Origin: Bacillota bacterium
Lineage (GTDB): Bacteria; Bacillota; Clostridia; Christensenellales; UMGS416
Reading direction: 5' to 3'
DNA length: 64,000 nt
NCBI GenBank assembly: GCA_023435705.1
Contig: JAEYRH010000003.1
Span: 202,737 to 266,736, forward strand
Each line of letters begins with the position of its first letter. Within the stretch, counting starts at the first letter, position 1. The position numbers were made by a program, and so were the translations under genes. The notes under the pieces are model-generated. The model searched no databases, was not told the DNA's origin, and was given only the letters and a program-made list of their open reading frames with translations. Shown here piece after piece: positions 45,042-53,878 of this stretch.

Positions 45042-45095
45042 TCCCCCCTGCCCCTATGGGGGCATCCCCCCTTATCAAGGGAGGGTTGGGATTAG
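45042..45095 (+). repeat. Copy of the module-1 double-hairpin intergenic repeat
   Basis: CCCCCC-TGCCCC-tat-GGGGCA-TCCCCCCTT-atc-AAGGGAGGGTTGGG aligns with the copies at 30168, 33071 and 47217. Confidence 0.7.
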
Positions 45096-45128
45096 GCACT
45101 ATCTGACTACTATTGAAGGTGAATCAAT

Positions 45129-45938
45129 ATGCCCAATCAACTCGAATACACTTATGCCAAGTTGATCCAACTAGCTTCCACCCTGCCCGGTGTGCAGTCC
45201 ATCGGCCGAAGCGGCGGAAGGGCGCTGCCGGCATCTCCAACTGATGGCGACATTGACATCTTCCTGTATTGCGATGAAATTCCATCGCGTGACGCCCGGA
45301 AAGCCATACTTGACAGCGTGAGCGCTGAACTTGACACCGCTGCAAAAGTCGGCGTGTTCAGCGGCGGCCGCTGGGGCGTTGGTGACTTTGCCAGCATCCA
45401 GGGTGTGGAGACATGGCTCATGTATTTCACCTTGGAGCAGGCTGCCGCCGAGGTGGATGCTGTGCTGCGTGGAGAGCAGCCGGACCGGGAGGGCGGCTTC
45501 TATCCTACGGGCCGCTGCGCGATGTACTTGGGCATGGAGGTGCTGCTTGACCGGAGTGGGTTCCTGCGAGGAATGAAAGAGAAGATCGCTCATTATCCGG
45601 AGGCGCTTGCCGAAAAGCTTGTGCGGCACCATTTATCTGCACTAAACGACACCGAAGACCTTGAGCGCGCTGTGGCCCGCAAAGACCCGCTGCTCTACCA
45701 CTTTGCTCTGGATATTGCCTTGGATCATTTCCTGCAGGCGCTGTTTGCCCGGAACCGTGTGTTTTTCCCCAGCCGGAAACGGTCACTGGAGCATATCGCC
45801 GGTTTTGCGTCCAAGCCAGCGGATTGTGAGCAAAGGATCCTGGATGTGATCCGTCTTGGGAGCACCGCAGAGGGGATTGGGCAATCCTGCGACATGTGGA
45901 GCGGTTTGACAAGCGACCTCAAGGTATTGTGCCATTGA
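45129..45938 (+). CDS. Nucleotidyltransferase-fold (Pol-beta superfamily) protein, possibly DUF4037-like
   Basis: GRSGGRALPASPTDGDIDIFLY fits the G[SG]-x(9-13)-DxD NTase signature. The C-terminal half is helical. The family assignment is tentative. Confidence 0.5.
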   Translation: MPNQLEYTYAKLIQLASTLPGVQSIGRSGGRALPASPTDGDIDIFLYCDEIPSRDARKAILDSVSAELDTAAKVGVFSGGRWGVGDFASIQGVETWLMYFTLEQAAAEVDAVLRGEQPDREGGFYPTGRCAMYLGMEVLLDRSGFLRGMKEKIAHYPEALAEKLVRHHLSALNDTEDLERAVARKDPLLYHFALDIALDHFLQALFARNRVFFPSRKRSLEHIAGFASKPADCEQRILDVIRLGSTAEGIGQSCDMWSGLTSDLKVLCH

Positions 45939-46013
45939 TGATAGGCTGCGCCTGAGCCACCAGATAATGGCCCCGATCAATAAAATGTGGCCGAGATGAA
46001 GATATCAGGTAGC

Positions 46014-46036
46014 GGGCCGGGACGGAGCCCGGCCCC
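46014..46036 (-). repeat. GGGGCCGG hairpin repeat (copy co-oriented with the upstream coat F gene)
   Basis: The minus strand reads CAGTAGGGGCCGGGCTCCGTCCCGGCCCGC, nearly identical to the minus-strand reading at 49930..49955. Confidence 0.75.
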
Positions 46037-46065
46037 TACTGTTTTGTGGTCCGCGACCGGATATG

Positions 46066-46530
46066 TTACTGCGCGTTGTACATGCCGTGGCTTTGCATAT
46101 AATTGAAGAGCCCCTCGCCGTGCTGTTGTTCTTCCTTCTGGATGTGGTTGAGGGCGTTGCGCATATCGGCGTTCTTGAATTCGAAGATCGCAGTGTCATA
46201 TGCGCCGGACACAAACTTTTCGGTCATCAGCATGTCATTGCAGAGGGCAGCGTCATCCTTGTTGTTCATGCCGTTTGTTGCGGTGGGTTGTGGGGCGGGC
46301 TGGGCGTTCTGCTGGCCTTGCTGGTTCATCGCGGGCACGTTGCCGGAGAGCATTTGATTGACCGAGTTCAGGTGTGTCTGCTCCTGGCTTGCATAATTGT
46401 TGAACAGCTGCTTTAGCTGCGCATCCTTGGCCTGGTTGGCGTAGGCGCTGTATTTGTCCACGCAGAGCTGCTCGTGCTTTTGCTGGTCCTGCAACAACGA
46501 TCTTTCTTTTTGTGTTAAACTTACTGCCAT
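46066..46530 (-). CDS. Spore coat protein F-like (Coat_F domain)
   Basis: LTQKERSLLQDQQKHEQLCVDKYSAYANQAKDAQLKQLFNNYASQEQTHLNSVNQML. RBS GGAGGT. Confidence 0.75.
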   Translation of the reverse strand: MAVSLTQKERSLLQDQQKHEQLCVDKYSAYANQAKDAQLKQLFNNYASQEQTHLNSVNQMLSGNVPAMNQQGQQNAQPAPQPTATNGMNNKDDAALCNDMLMTEKFVSGAYDTAIFEFKNADMRNALNHIQKEEQQHGEGLFNYMQSHGMYNAQ

Positions 46531-46604
46531 ATTCCATTACCTCCTGCCGATAGGGTTGGCAGAAGGTGGGGGGATTATGCGAGGATTAGGAGAGGAGCAA
46601 ACGT

Positions 46605-47117
46605 ATGGTGATAGAAACTGAGAGACTGATCATCCGGCCGTTTGAGGAATCCGATCTTGAGGAATTCATGAGGCTTCTGGACATCCCGGAGGTGGAGGGC
46701 TGGCGGATGCAGAAGCCCCGGGCAAAAGAATTCCTGGACTGGCAAATATCAAACTATCAGGCGATGGACATTGTGCATGGCGCAGTTTGCATGGGCGTGT
46801 TTGACAAGGCCACCGGCAGGGTGCTTGGTGCTGCAGGCGCCGGGGAGCATGATGATCTGCATGAGCCAGAGCTGTTCTACAACATGTTGCCTGAAGCAAG
46901 GGGTAGGGGGTATGCCAAGGAGGCCGCGCGGGCGGTCACGGAGTGGGCTTTTGCCAATTACGATATACCCCGCCTGATCGCAACGGTGGAAGTGGGGAAT
47001 GTGGCGTCTCAGAGGGTTGTGGAAAGCTGTGGGTTTGAGTTTGTGGAGGAGAGGGAGTTGCTGGTGCATATCACGGGGGAGAAGTATGTATTCCGGTATT
47101 ATATAAAGTATCAGTGA
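46605..47117 (+). CDS. GNAT-family N-acetyltransferase (RimJ/RimL-like)
   Basis: MVIETERLIIRPFEESDLEEF... and RGRGYAKEAARAVTEWAF (acetyl-CoA motif A). Confidence 0.8.
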   Translation: MVIETERLIIRPFEESDLEEFMRLLDIPEVEGWRMQKPRAKEFLDWQISNYQAMDIVHGAVCMGVFDKATGRVLGAAGAGEHDDLHEPELFYNMLPEARGRGYAKEAARAVTEWAFANYDIPRLIATVEVGNVASQRVVESCGFEFVEERELLVHITGEKYVFRYYIKYQ

Positions 47118-47159
47118 AACATGGATCAGGTTGGACAACTACAGTTGGATAGGGGACTA

Positions 47160-47390
47160 CTTGCCTCCCTCTTGAGGGAGGTGCCGCCAAAAGCGGTGGA
47201 GGGAGTTTCACGAACTCACCCTGTCATCTTCGATGACATCCCCCTCAGGAGGGGGACAAGTGTAGCTCGATCAATCTGTTCGTTGACGAGCTTGCTTCCC
47301 TCTTGGCCCCCCTTGCTGCATCCGCAGCTGTCCCCCCACAAGTGTGTGGGGGGAAGGGTAGGTGGCAACAAAGCCGCCGCAGGGAGTAAA
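47160..47390 (+). repeat. Composite repeat: module 2 + module 1 + a second, diverged module 2
   Basis: 47160..47208 reads CTTGCCTCCCTC-tt-GAGGGAGG...GGAGGGAGTTT. 47217..47272 is module 1. 47283..47390 is collinear with 33128..33232 and includes the stem CCCCCCACA-agtg-TGTGGGGGG. Confidence 0.8.
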
Positions 47391-47425
47391 CAAAAGAACA
47401 GCCACGTTGAAGCGCAGCTGTTCTT
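47388..47425 (-). terminator. Rho-independent terminator after gpmI
   Basis: Minus strand: AAGAACAGC-loop-GCTGTTCTT followed by TTTGTTT. Confidence 0.75.
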
Positions 47426-47439
47426 GAAACCTAACAAGG

Positions 47440-48981
47440 CTATTTGACGACCAAGCTCTCCCCGCTCATCTCCTGGGGCTTCTCCATCCCCATCACATCC
47501 ATGAGCGTCGGCACAATATCACTCAGCCTTCCATTCTCCTTGAGCTTCGCATTTTTGTTCTGCTCGCTCACCAGGATGAACGGCACCGGCCCGGTGGTGT
47601 GCGCCGTGAACGGCTCGCCGGTAATGGGATCTACCATCATCTCGGCGTTGCCGTGGTCAGCCGTCACAATGGCCTGGCCGCCGGTGGCGAGGATCGCGGA
47701 GATGACTTTGCCCACGCACTCATCCACGGCATGCACGGCCTTCCACGCGGCGTCGAAGAACCCGGTGTGGCCCACCATGTCGCAGTTGGCGAAGTTCAAT
47801 ATCATCACATCATACTTGCCGGACTGCACCCGCTTCACAGCCTCGTCGGCCACCTCATAGGCGCTCATCTCCGGCTTCAGGTCATAGGTTGCCACTTTGG
47901 GGGAGGCGATCAGCGCCCGGTCTTCGCCGGGGAAGGGCTCTTCCACGCCGCCGTTGAAGAAGAACGTGACATGGGCGTACTTCTCCGTCTCGGCGATCCT
48001 GAGCTGGGTCATACCCCGGTCTGCCAGCACCTTGCCGAACACATTATCCAGGCTCTGAGGGAAGAACGCGATCTCCAGGTTTGTGAACGTGGCGTCATAC
48101 TGCGTCATGGAAACGTAGTGCACCGGCTTGTAGCCGCCGTCACGCTCGAAAGCGGCGAAGTCCGGCTCAATGAAGGCGCGGGTGATTTCGCGGGCGCGGT
48201 CCGGCCGGAAGTTGAAGAAGATGATCGAGTCGCCAGCTTCCACGGTCGCCACGGGCTTGCCACCTTGCATGATCACGGTGGGCTGCACAAACTCATCGTT
48301 TTCGCCCTTGTCATAGCTCTGCTGCATGGCTTTCACCGCGGATACGGCAGTGCTGCCCACACCGGCTGCCATGGCATCGTAACCGCGCTTCACGCGGTCC
48401 CAGCGGTTGTCGCGGTCCATGGACCAATAGCGGCCCATCACCGTGGCAATCTTGCCCGTGCCAAGCTTCGCCATGCGGGCTTCCAGGTCTTCAATGTAAC
48501 CCTTGCCCGAAGCCGGGGGCGTGTCGCGGCCATCCATCAGGCAATGCACAAACACATCTGCCAGGCCGTTGCGGCGGGCAAGCTCCAGCAGGCCCTCCAG
48601 GTGGTCAATGTGGCTATGCACGCCGCCGTCGGAGACCAGGCCGATCAGGTGCAGCTTGGTGCCGCGGTTTAGCGCGTTTTTCACCGCTCCCAGCAGGGCG
48701 GGGTTTTGAAAGAACGTGCCCTCGCGGATCTCCTTGGTGATGCGTGTGAGCTCCTGATAAACCACGCGGCCTGCGCCGATGTTGGTGTGGCCCACCTCGC
48801 TGTTGCCCATCTGGCCGTCGGGCAGGCCCACGTTCATGCCGCTGGCGCCGATCTGCGTGAAGGGGTATTCGGCCATGAGCCGACCCACGTTGGGGATGTT
48901 CTCCGGCACGATGCAGTTGCCATTGCGCTCAGCGCGCAGGCCGAAGCCGTCCATAATGATAATCGCGTTGGTTTTTTTCAT
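47440..48981 (-). CDS. gpmI: 2,3-bisphosphoglycerate-independent phosphoglycerate mutase
   Basis: 513 aa. Contains IIMDGFG, GNSEVGHTNIGAGR, LIGLVSDGGVHSH, ADHGNAE. Confidence 0.93.
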   Translation of the reverse strand: MKKTNAIIIMDGFGLRAERNGNCIVPENIPNVGRLMAEYPFTQIGASGMNVGLPDGQMGNSEVGHTNIGAGRVVYQELTRITKEIREGTFFQNPALLGAVKNALNRGTKLHLIGLVSDGGVHSHIDHLEGLLELARRNGLADVFVHCLMDGRDTPPASGKGYIEDLEARMAKLGTGKIATVMGRYWSMDRDNRWDRVKRGYDAMAAGVGSTAVSAVKAMQQSYDKGENDEFVQPTVIMQGGKPVATVEAGDSIIFFNFRPDRAREITRAFIEPDFAAFERDGGYKPVHYVSMTQYDATFTNLEIAFFPQSLDNVFGKVLADRGMTQLRIAETEKYAHVTFFFNGGVEEPFPGEDRALIASPKVATYDLKPEMSAYEVADEAVKRVQSGKYDVMILNFANCDMVGHTGFFDAAWKAVHAVDECVGKVISAILATGGQAIVTADHGNAEMMVDPITGEPFTAHTTGPVPFILVSEQNKNAKLKENGRLSDIVPTLMDVMGMEKPQEMSGESLVVK

Positions 48982-48990
48982 GTTATCCTC

Positions 48991-49737
48991 TCAGAAATGC
49001 ACCACGGCATTGAAATCGGCGGCTTTCAGGCTGGCTCCGCCGATGAGGCCGCCGTCGATGTGCTCCATTGCCATGAGCTCTTTGGCGTTGGCGGGGTTCA
49101 TGCTGCCGCCGTATTGAATGCAGACAGCCTCGGCCACTTCCGCTCCAAACTGCCGCTTCACCTCATCGCGGATGATGCCGTTGACCTCGTTGGCCTGCTC
49201 TTTGGTGGCGGTCTTGCCGGTGCCGATGGCCCAAATTGGCTCATAGGCGATCACGACGGTCTTCACCTGCTCGGCGGTGAGACCCTCCAACGCGGCTTTG
49301 GTCTGGCCGCGCACCAGCGATTCGGTGACGCCCTGTTCGCGCTGCTCCAGTGACTCGCCCACGCACACGATCGGGATCAGGCCCGCTTCCAACGCGGCTT
49401 TGGTCTTCAGGTTCACGGTCTCGTCGGTTTCGGCGAAATACTGCCGCCGCTCCGAGTGGCCCAGGATCACATATTCCACGCCCACGGCCTTGAGCATGGC
49501 TGCTGAGATTTCGCCGGTGTAGGCACCGCTTTGTTTGAAATGCATGTTCTGCGCGCCCAGGCGGATGTTGGTGCCCTTAAGGGCGGCAGCCGCAGCAGGC
49601 AGGCACACGAAGGGCGTGCATACCACCACGGTGCATGGGGCGTCCTTGACCAGGGGGATTAACTCATTGATGAGCTGAGTGGCTTCTTCAGGGGTTTTAT
49701 TCATTTTCCAGTTGCCGGCGATGATCGGTGTACGCAT
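48991..49737 (-). CDS. tpiA: Triosephosphate isomerase
   Basis: [33 protein letters not shown]. Confidence 0.93.
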   Translation of the reverse strand: MRTPIIAGNWKMNKTPEEATQLINELIPLVKDAPCTVVVCTPFVCLPAAAAALKGTNIRLGAQNMHFKQSGAYTGEISAAMLKAVGVEYVILGHSERRQYFAETDETVNLKTKAALEAGLIPIVCVGESLEQREQGVTESLVRGQTKAALEGLTAEQVKTVVIAYEPIWAIGTGKTATKEQANEVNGIIRDEVKRQFGAEVAEAVCIQYGGSMNPANAKELMAMEHIDGGLIGGASLKAADFNAVVHF

Positions 49738-49796
49738 GGGGTTTTATCTCCAATCAAGTCGAAATTTCGATACACAGTATACACTCTCCCAGTTCC

Positions 49797-49994
49797 GTTG
49801 GGAACTAGTAGCGGGTGGGTATGGGCTGGATGCACACTGCGTATGGCTTGGCGTGGCCTTCGGCCACTGCCTGCCCAAGCAACCCGGCTGCTCATATATG
49901 CATCCAAAAACTCTGCCCTAATAGGAAACGGGCCGGGACTGAGCCCGGCCCCTACTGATTACTGACTACTTGGTACTGACTACTGTTTACTTGC
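49797..49994 (-). repeat. Repeat block in the pgk-tpiA spacer: heptamer array, GGGGCCGG hairpin and a module-3-like segment
   Basis: 49953..49994 holds six tandem heptamers, TACTGAT TACTGAC TACTTGG TACTGAC TACTGTT TACTTGC, the last running into the pgk stop. 49930..49952 is the hairpin GGGCCGGG-actgag-CCCGGCCC. 49797..49844 shares TGCATCCAGCCC plus flanks with 33008..33051. Confidence 0.75.
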
Positions 49995-51177
49995 TCATCA
50001 GCACGGCCACGCCGGGAAGCTCACGGCCTTCCAGGAACTCCAGCGACGCGCCGCCTCCGGTGGAAACATGGGTCATCTTGTCAGCCAGGCCAAAACCTTC
50101 TACTGCTGCTGCCGTATCGCCGCCGCCAACAATGGTGACGCCGGGGTTGTTTGCCATTGCCTTGGCAACCTCGCGCGAGCCAACTGCAAAATGGGAGAAT
50201 TCATTTACGCCCATGGTTCCGTTCCAGATGATGGTCCGGGCTTTTTTGATCTCTTCGACAAAGATGGCCTGCGTCTCGGGCCCGATGTCCATTCCTTCCC
50301 AGCCATCGGGGATCTCGCGGCTGTGGAATGTGGCGCGCAGGGCATCGTTACTGAATTCCTGGCTGGCCTCGTTGTCGACGGGAAGCAGTAGCTTCACACC
50401 TTTCTTCTCAGCGGTCGCCATCACTTCCTTGGCATACTCAATCCGGCTCTCGTCCAGCAGCGACTTACCGATGGAGCCGCCCAGCGCCTTCTGGAACGTA
50501 TAGGCCATGCCGCCGCCAATGATGAGTGTATCCACTTTATCCAGCAGGTTGGATACGACGCCGATCTTGTCCTTGACCTTGGCGCCGCCCAAAATTGCGA
50601 CGAAGGGATGGGCCGGGTTTTCCAGCGCGCCGCCCATCACTTCGATTTCCTTCTTCATCAGGAAACCGGCCACGGCGGGCAGATAAGCCGCCACACCGGC
50701 GGTGGAGGCGTGGGCGCGGTGGGCCGTGCCGAACGCGTCATTCACATAAATTTCTGCGAGAGAGGCCAATTGCCTGGCAAACTCCGGATCGTTCTTTTCT
50801 TCACCGGGCTCAAAGCGCACATTTTCGATCATCATCACCTGGCCGTCTTTGAGCTCAGCGGCCATCTTCTGCGCGTTGGGGCCTACCACATCGGAAGCCA
50901 GCGGCACAGGCTTGCCCAGAAGCTCAGAGAGGCGATCTGCGCAGGGCTTTAATGTGAACTCCGGCTCCACCTTGGCCTTCGGGCGGCCCAGGTGTGTGCA
51001 GAGGATGAGCCTGGCGCCGTTGTCCAGCAGGTACTTGATCGTCGGCAGCGCACCTTGAATGCGGTTGTCGTCGGTGATCTCGCCCTTTTCGTTCTGCGGC
51101 ACGTTGAAGTCAACGCGCGCGAGCACTTTTTTGCCCTTTACCTGGATGTCTTCAATCGTCTTCTTGTTCAGCGCCAT
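49987..51177 (-). CDS. pgk: Phosphoglycerate kinase
   Basis: Start at [27 protein letters not shown] (AAGGAGAG RBS). Contains HLGRPK and [13 protein letters not shown]. Confidence 0.93.
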   Translation of the reverse strand: MALNKKTIEDIQVKGKKVLARVDFNVPQNEKGEITDDNRIQGALPTIKYLLDNGARLILCTHLGRPKAKVEPEFTLKPCADRLSELLGKPVPLASDVVGPNAQKMAAELKDGQVMMIENVRFEPGEEKNDPEFARQLASLAEIYVNDAFGTAHRAHASTAGVAAYLPAVAGFLMKKEIEVMGGALENPAHPFVAILGGAKVKDKIGVVSNLLDKVDTLIIGGGMAYTFQKALGGSIGKSLLDESRIEYAKEVMATAEKKGVKLLLPVDNEASQEFSNDALRATFHSREIPDGWEGMDIGPETQAIFVEEIKKARTIIWNGTMGVNEFSHFAVGSREVAKAMANNPGVTIVGGGDTAAAVEGFGLADKMTHVSTGGGASLEFLEGRELPGVAVLMSK

Positions 51178-51230
51178 AGCTTTCTCTCCTTGCAATTATT
51201 CAAACAGGCATTGCCTGTTTTTAAACTATG

Positions 51231-52262
51231 TTATTGTTTGGAATCGAGCAGAACGCATACACCGGAAGCCACGGCCTCGTCCAGTATCATTGCCGTGGGC
51301 TTGCAGCCCCTGGCAACAGCCAGCACTGCTTCGGCCTTGATAGAGCCACCGGCTACCAACACCCGTTTTTTCACCGCTTGCAGGCTTTCGAGCTCCAAAC
51401 CCAGGCCGCTGGCCGCGTAGACCATGTTGCCCCTTCGGTCGAAGTAATAACCAAGCGCCTCAGCAACTGCGCCTCTGGCCCGGATTCGGGCCATCACGTC
51501 TTGCGGCAGGTTGCGCCTGCGGGCCATCTCGTCGGAGCGGCCCACGCCAAACAGCAGCACATCGGCGCGGCGCACGCTGTCCAGCCACTCGTTGAAGCGC
51601 CCGTCTGCCATCACTGGCAACGCGTCGCTGGGCATGTCGTCGGGCCAGTGCAGCAGTTTGTGCCGGGCACCCATGCCGCGGGCAAGCCGCGCGGCTACGG
51701 TGTTGGCTTGGATCTCCATTTCCTCACCCAAGCCTCCCCTAGCCGGCACCACCATCAAGTTTGGCAAACCACGGCCCGTCATTTGCGCCTGTGAGGCCAC
51801 GCCGGCCATGGTGGATCCGCCCATAACTGCCAATGTCATACCGTCCTTTAACAGAATGGATAAGTATTGGATTGTCTTGCGGTAAAGCGCCCTGCGGCTG
51901 ACCTGGTCGCTCACTGAGTCTCCAGACACCACCATCACGCTGGGGATGCCGGTCTCAGTGTGGATGCGCACAGCCAAAGGCTCGGCAAAGAGCAGATCCA
52001 GACCACTGCGGATCTCATTGAGCACGTCAGTGCCCTCTTCAGTCAGATGCATGCCGTCTGGTGCGAAGAGAATGAGGCCGAGGTCTTTCAGGCGGTCAGC
52101 TTCACCACGCACGGCCCGCTCAGGCAGGTCCAAGTGGCTTGCCAGCGCCCGGCGGCCCACCGGGGCCATCAACGCCACGGCTTCCAGGATTTCGAAACGG
52201 GTTCTGGCGGTGTCCACCATCTCCGGAACCAGCCGCCGGAATTGCGACAACACGGTGTTCAA
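51231..52262 (-). CDS. cggR: SorC/CggR-family sugar-binding transcriptional regulator (central glycolytic genes regulator type)
   Basis: TTG start after GGAAGGTGGTGA. Winged-helix N-terminus plus sugar-phosphate-binding domain (VMGGSTMAGV, VVPARGG). It sits directly upstream of pgk-tpiA-gpmI. Confidence 0.8.
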   Translation of the reverse strand: MNTVLSQFRRLVPEMVDTARTRFEILEAVALMAPVGRRALASHLDLPERAVRGEADRLKDLGLILFAPDGMHLTEEGTDVLNEIRSGLDLLFAEPLAVRIHTETGIPSVMVVSGDSVSDQVSRRALYRKTIQYLSILLKDGMTLAVMGGSTMAGVASQAQMTGRGLPNLMVVPARGGLGEEMEIQANTVAARLARGMGARHKLLHWPDDMPSDALPVMADGRFNEWLDSVRRADVLLFGVGRSDEMARRRNLPQDVMARIRARGAVAEALGYYFDRRGNMVYAASGLGLELESLQAVKKRVLVAGGSIKAEAVLAVARGCKPTAMILDEAVASGVCVLLDSKQ

Positions 52263-52279
52263 AGATAGGTCACCACCTT

Positions 52280-52318
52280 CCGGGACGTTTTACGCCCAGT
52301 GCCAACTTTTCGTCCCGG
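52280..52318 (-). promoter_or_regulatory. Candidate CggR operator in the cggR leader
   Basis: The minus strand reads CCGGGACG-aaaagttggcactgggcgtaaaa-CGTCCCGG: 8-bp inverted arms, each carrying the CGGGAC hexamer found in the B. subtilis CggR operator. Confidence 0.5.
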
Positions 52319-52322
52319 ATAA

Positions 52323-52351
52323 ATTTTACCATACTGAAGTGTATCTGGCAA
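52323..52351 (-). promoter_or_regulatory. Sigma-A promoter of the cggR operon
   Basis: The minus strand reads TTGCCA - 17 nt - TAAAAT, with TGG immediately upstream of the -10 box (extended -10). Confidence 0.55.
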
Positions 52352-52373
52352 CGGGAATGTTATCAGAAAGTAA

Positions 52374-52400
52374 AGAAGCGGAAATGAGCAATCCGCTTCC
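52374..52400 (-). terminator. Rho-independent terminator after the S41 peptidase gene
   Basis: Minus strand: GGAAGCGGA-ttgctcat-TTCCGCTTC followed by TTTACTTT. Confidence 0.7.
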
Positions 52401-52419
52401 TTACGATGACGATGCCCTG

Positions 52420-53748
52420 TTAATCTGCAGCAACCTGATAGAGCTTCTCCATCACTCCGTCTCCCGTCTCTGTGATTTCAGTGGGGTAATCGGGTTGCAA
52501 TGCGCTTACGTCATCCTGTGTTTGGTCTGGCCGAGAAAACTGCTTGTATGTGACTGAGAACGCCAAAGCTGAGTTTGGCATCTGAAAAAGCAACACATCG
52601 CCATAGGCACTGGGTCGGTTGCCCGGCGGCTGGCCGATCACTTGGCACAAGCCATTGTCTCTGAGGATGACTGCGAACCACATTGCCGAGCTGAATGTGC
52701 CACGGCTCGTTAATACATATACGTCGCCATCGAACTCCAGATCGCCGATTCGAGGGTTTTCCGTTTTCTGCGGTTTGCTGTCTGTCAGAAACGGCCCCAT
52801 GCGCATCCGGGCCCCAAAACTGGTAAAGCTGTTTACCGGTAAATAACGCAAAAACTCATTTGCAACACCGGAGTTGCCGCCCCCGTTGTTGCGCAGATCC
52901 ACAGCGATGGAATGCACACCGGCTGCCTTCACATCGGTGAAGAATTGCCTGACCACATCCTTGTAGTGCTGATTCAGGTTGCATTGGTTCAGTGTCAGGA
53001 TACCGAGGCTGCGATCCCGATCAATTTCATAACGCACAAAGTCCGGTGCGGTATCACCACTCTCAGGAGGCTCAACGAAAGGAAGGTCTATCGGTTTGTC
53101 ATCTCCCTCAAAAAGCACCGGCACAACGCCATTGGTCTGTACGCCAAGCCAGGCAAGCTTCTCAGCAGACCGTATGTAGGCGGGGAAGTTATGGTCAGCC
53201 CACAGAATATTCTCATAGGAATACATCGCCAGGAATCGGTCATAAAGATCTTCCACATCTATGCCCCCGATGGACACAGGCCTTCGGCCGGCATAAGGCT
53301 CTGTCTGGCAAACCAATGTTCCAGTGGAAGTAACAATGAATTGTTGTTCCAACCGCTTGGTAGATTCTGCTGTGGAATAAAAGCTGACCGATGTGTGCGC
53401 GTCACCAAGATGCTTCACAATCCGGCTGCCAGCTTGCCAAACATCCAGCACTGTCGGCGACTGCGGCAAGCTATCAAGCTCTTTTGCCAACTGCTGCTTC
53501 ACAGTATCCGGCAGGCCGTGGATTGCCGCTACATGCCTCTCCTCAACCCTCGCCGCCAGAAAGCGCAAGTCCTCCTGCGCCTGTTCCCGTGTGAGTGTTT
53601 GACCGATGGGCAGTGTCTGCGCAAGCGATGCCCTGCTTTTTGTGCCCCGATATGGATCAAGCAGCAGATACCAAACGGCTGCCAGCACAGCAAGGGCTCC
53701 TGCGGTGATGGCGATACCAATGAGCAGTCTTCTGACAAAACGTTTCAT
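52420..53748 (-). CDS. S41-family (tail-specific/C-terminal processing type) serine peptidase, membrane anchored
   Basis: N-terminal TM segment (LLIGIAITAGALAVLAAVWYLL). Contains AVDLRNNGGGNSGVANEFL and YVLTSRGTFSSAMWFA, both S41-like. Confidence 0.7.
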   Translation of the reverse strand: MKRFVRRLLIGIAITAGALAVLAAVWYLLLDPYRGTKSRASLAQTLPIGQTLTREQAQEDLRFLAARVEERHVAAIHGLPDTVKQQLAKELDSLPQSPTVLDVWQAGSRIVKHLGDAHTSVSFYSTAESTKRLEQQFIVTSTGTLVCQTEPYAGRRPVSIGGIDVEDLYDRFLAMYSYENILWADHNFPAYIRSAEKLAWLGVQTNGVVPVLFEGDDKPIDLPFVEPPESGDTAPDFVRYEIDRDRSLGILTLNQCNLNQHYKDVVRQFFTDVKAAGVHSIAVDLRNNGGGNSGVANEFLRYLPVNSFTSFGARMRMGPFLTDSKPQKTENPRIGDLEFDGDVYVLTSRGTFSSAMWFAVILRDNGLCQVIGQPPGNRPSAYGDVLLFQMPNSALAFSVTYKQFSRPDQTQDDVSALQPDYPTEITETGDGVMEKLYQVAAD

Positions 53749-53878
53749 ATAATCTCCTCTGAGTGATCGGTATATCCAGATTTTAGCATTGTCATATTGG
53801 TAAATCCAGACTGCACTTGTCTAAAGCACCGCCGCCCATGGTATAATCCCGGCATGACATCTTAATTGAGGAGATATC

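Noticed and set aside
49953-49994. Considered whether the heptamer arrays and recurring hairpins could be a degenerate CRISPR array.
   Set aside because: The units are 7 nt with no spacers. The hairpin copies are kilobases apart in different spacers, and no cas genes are present in the window.
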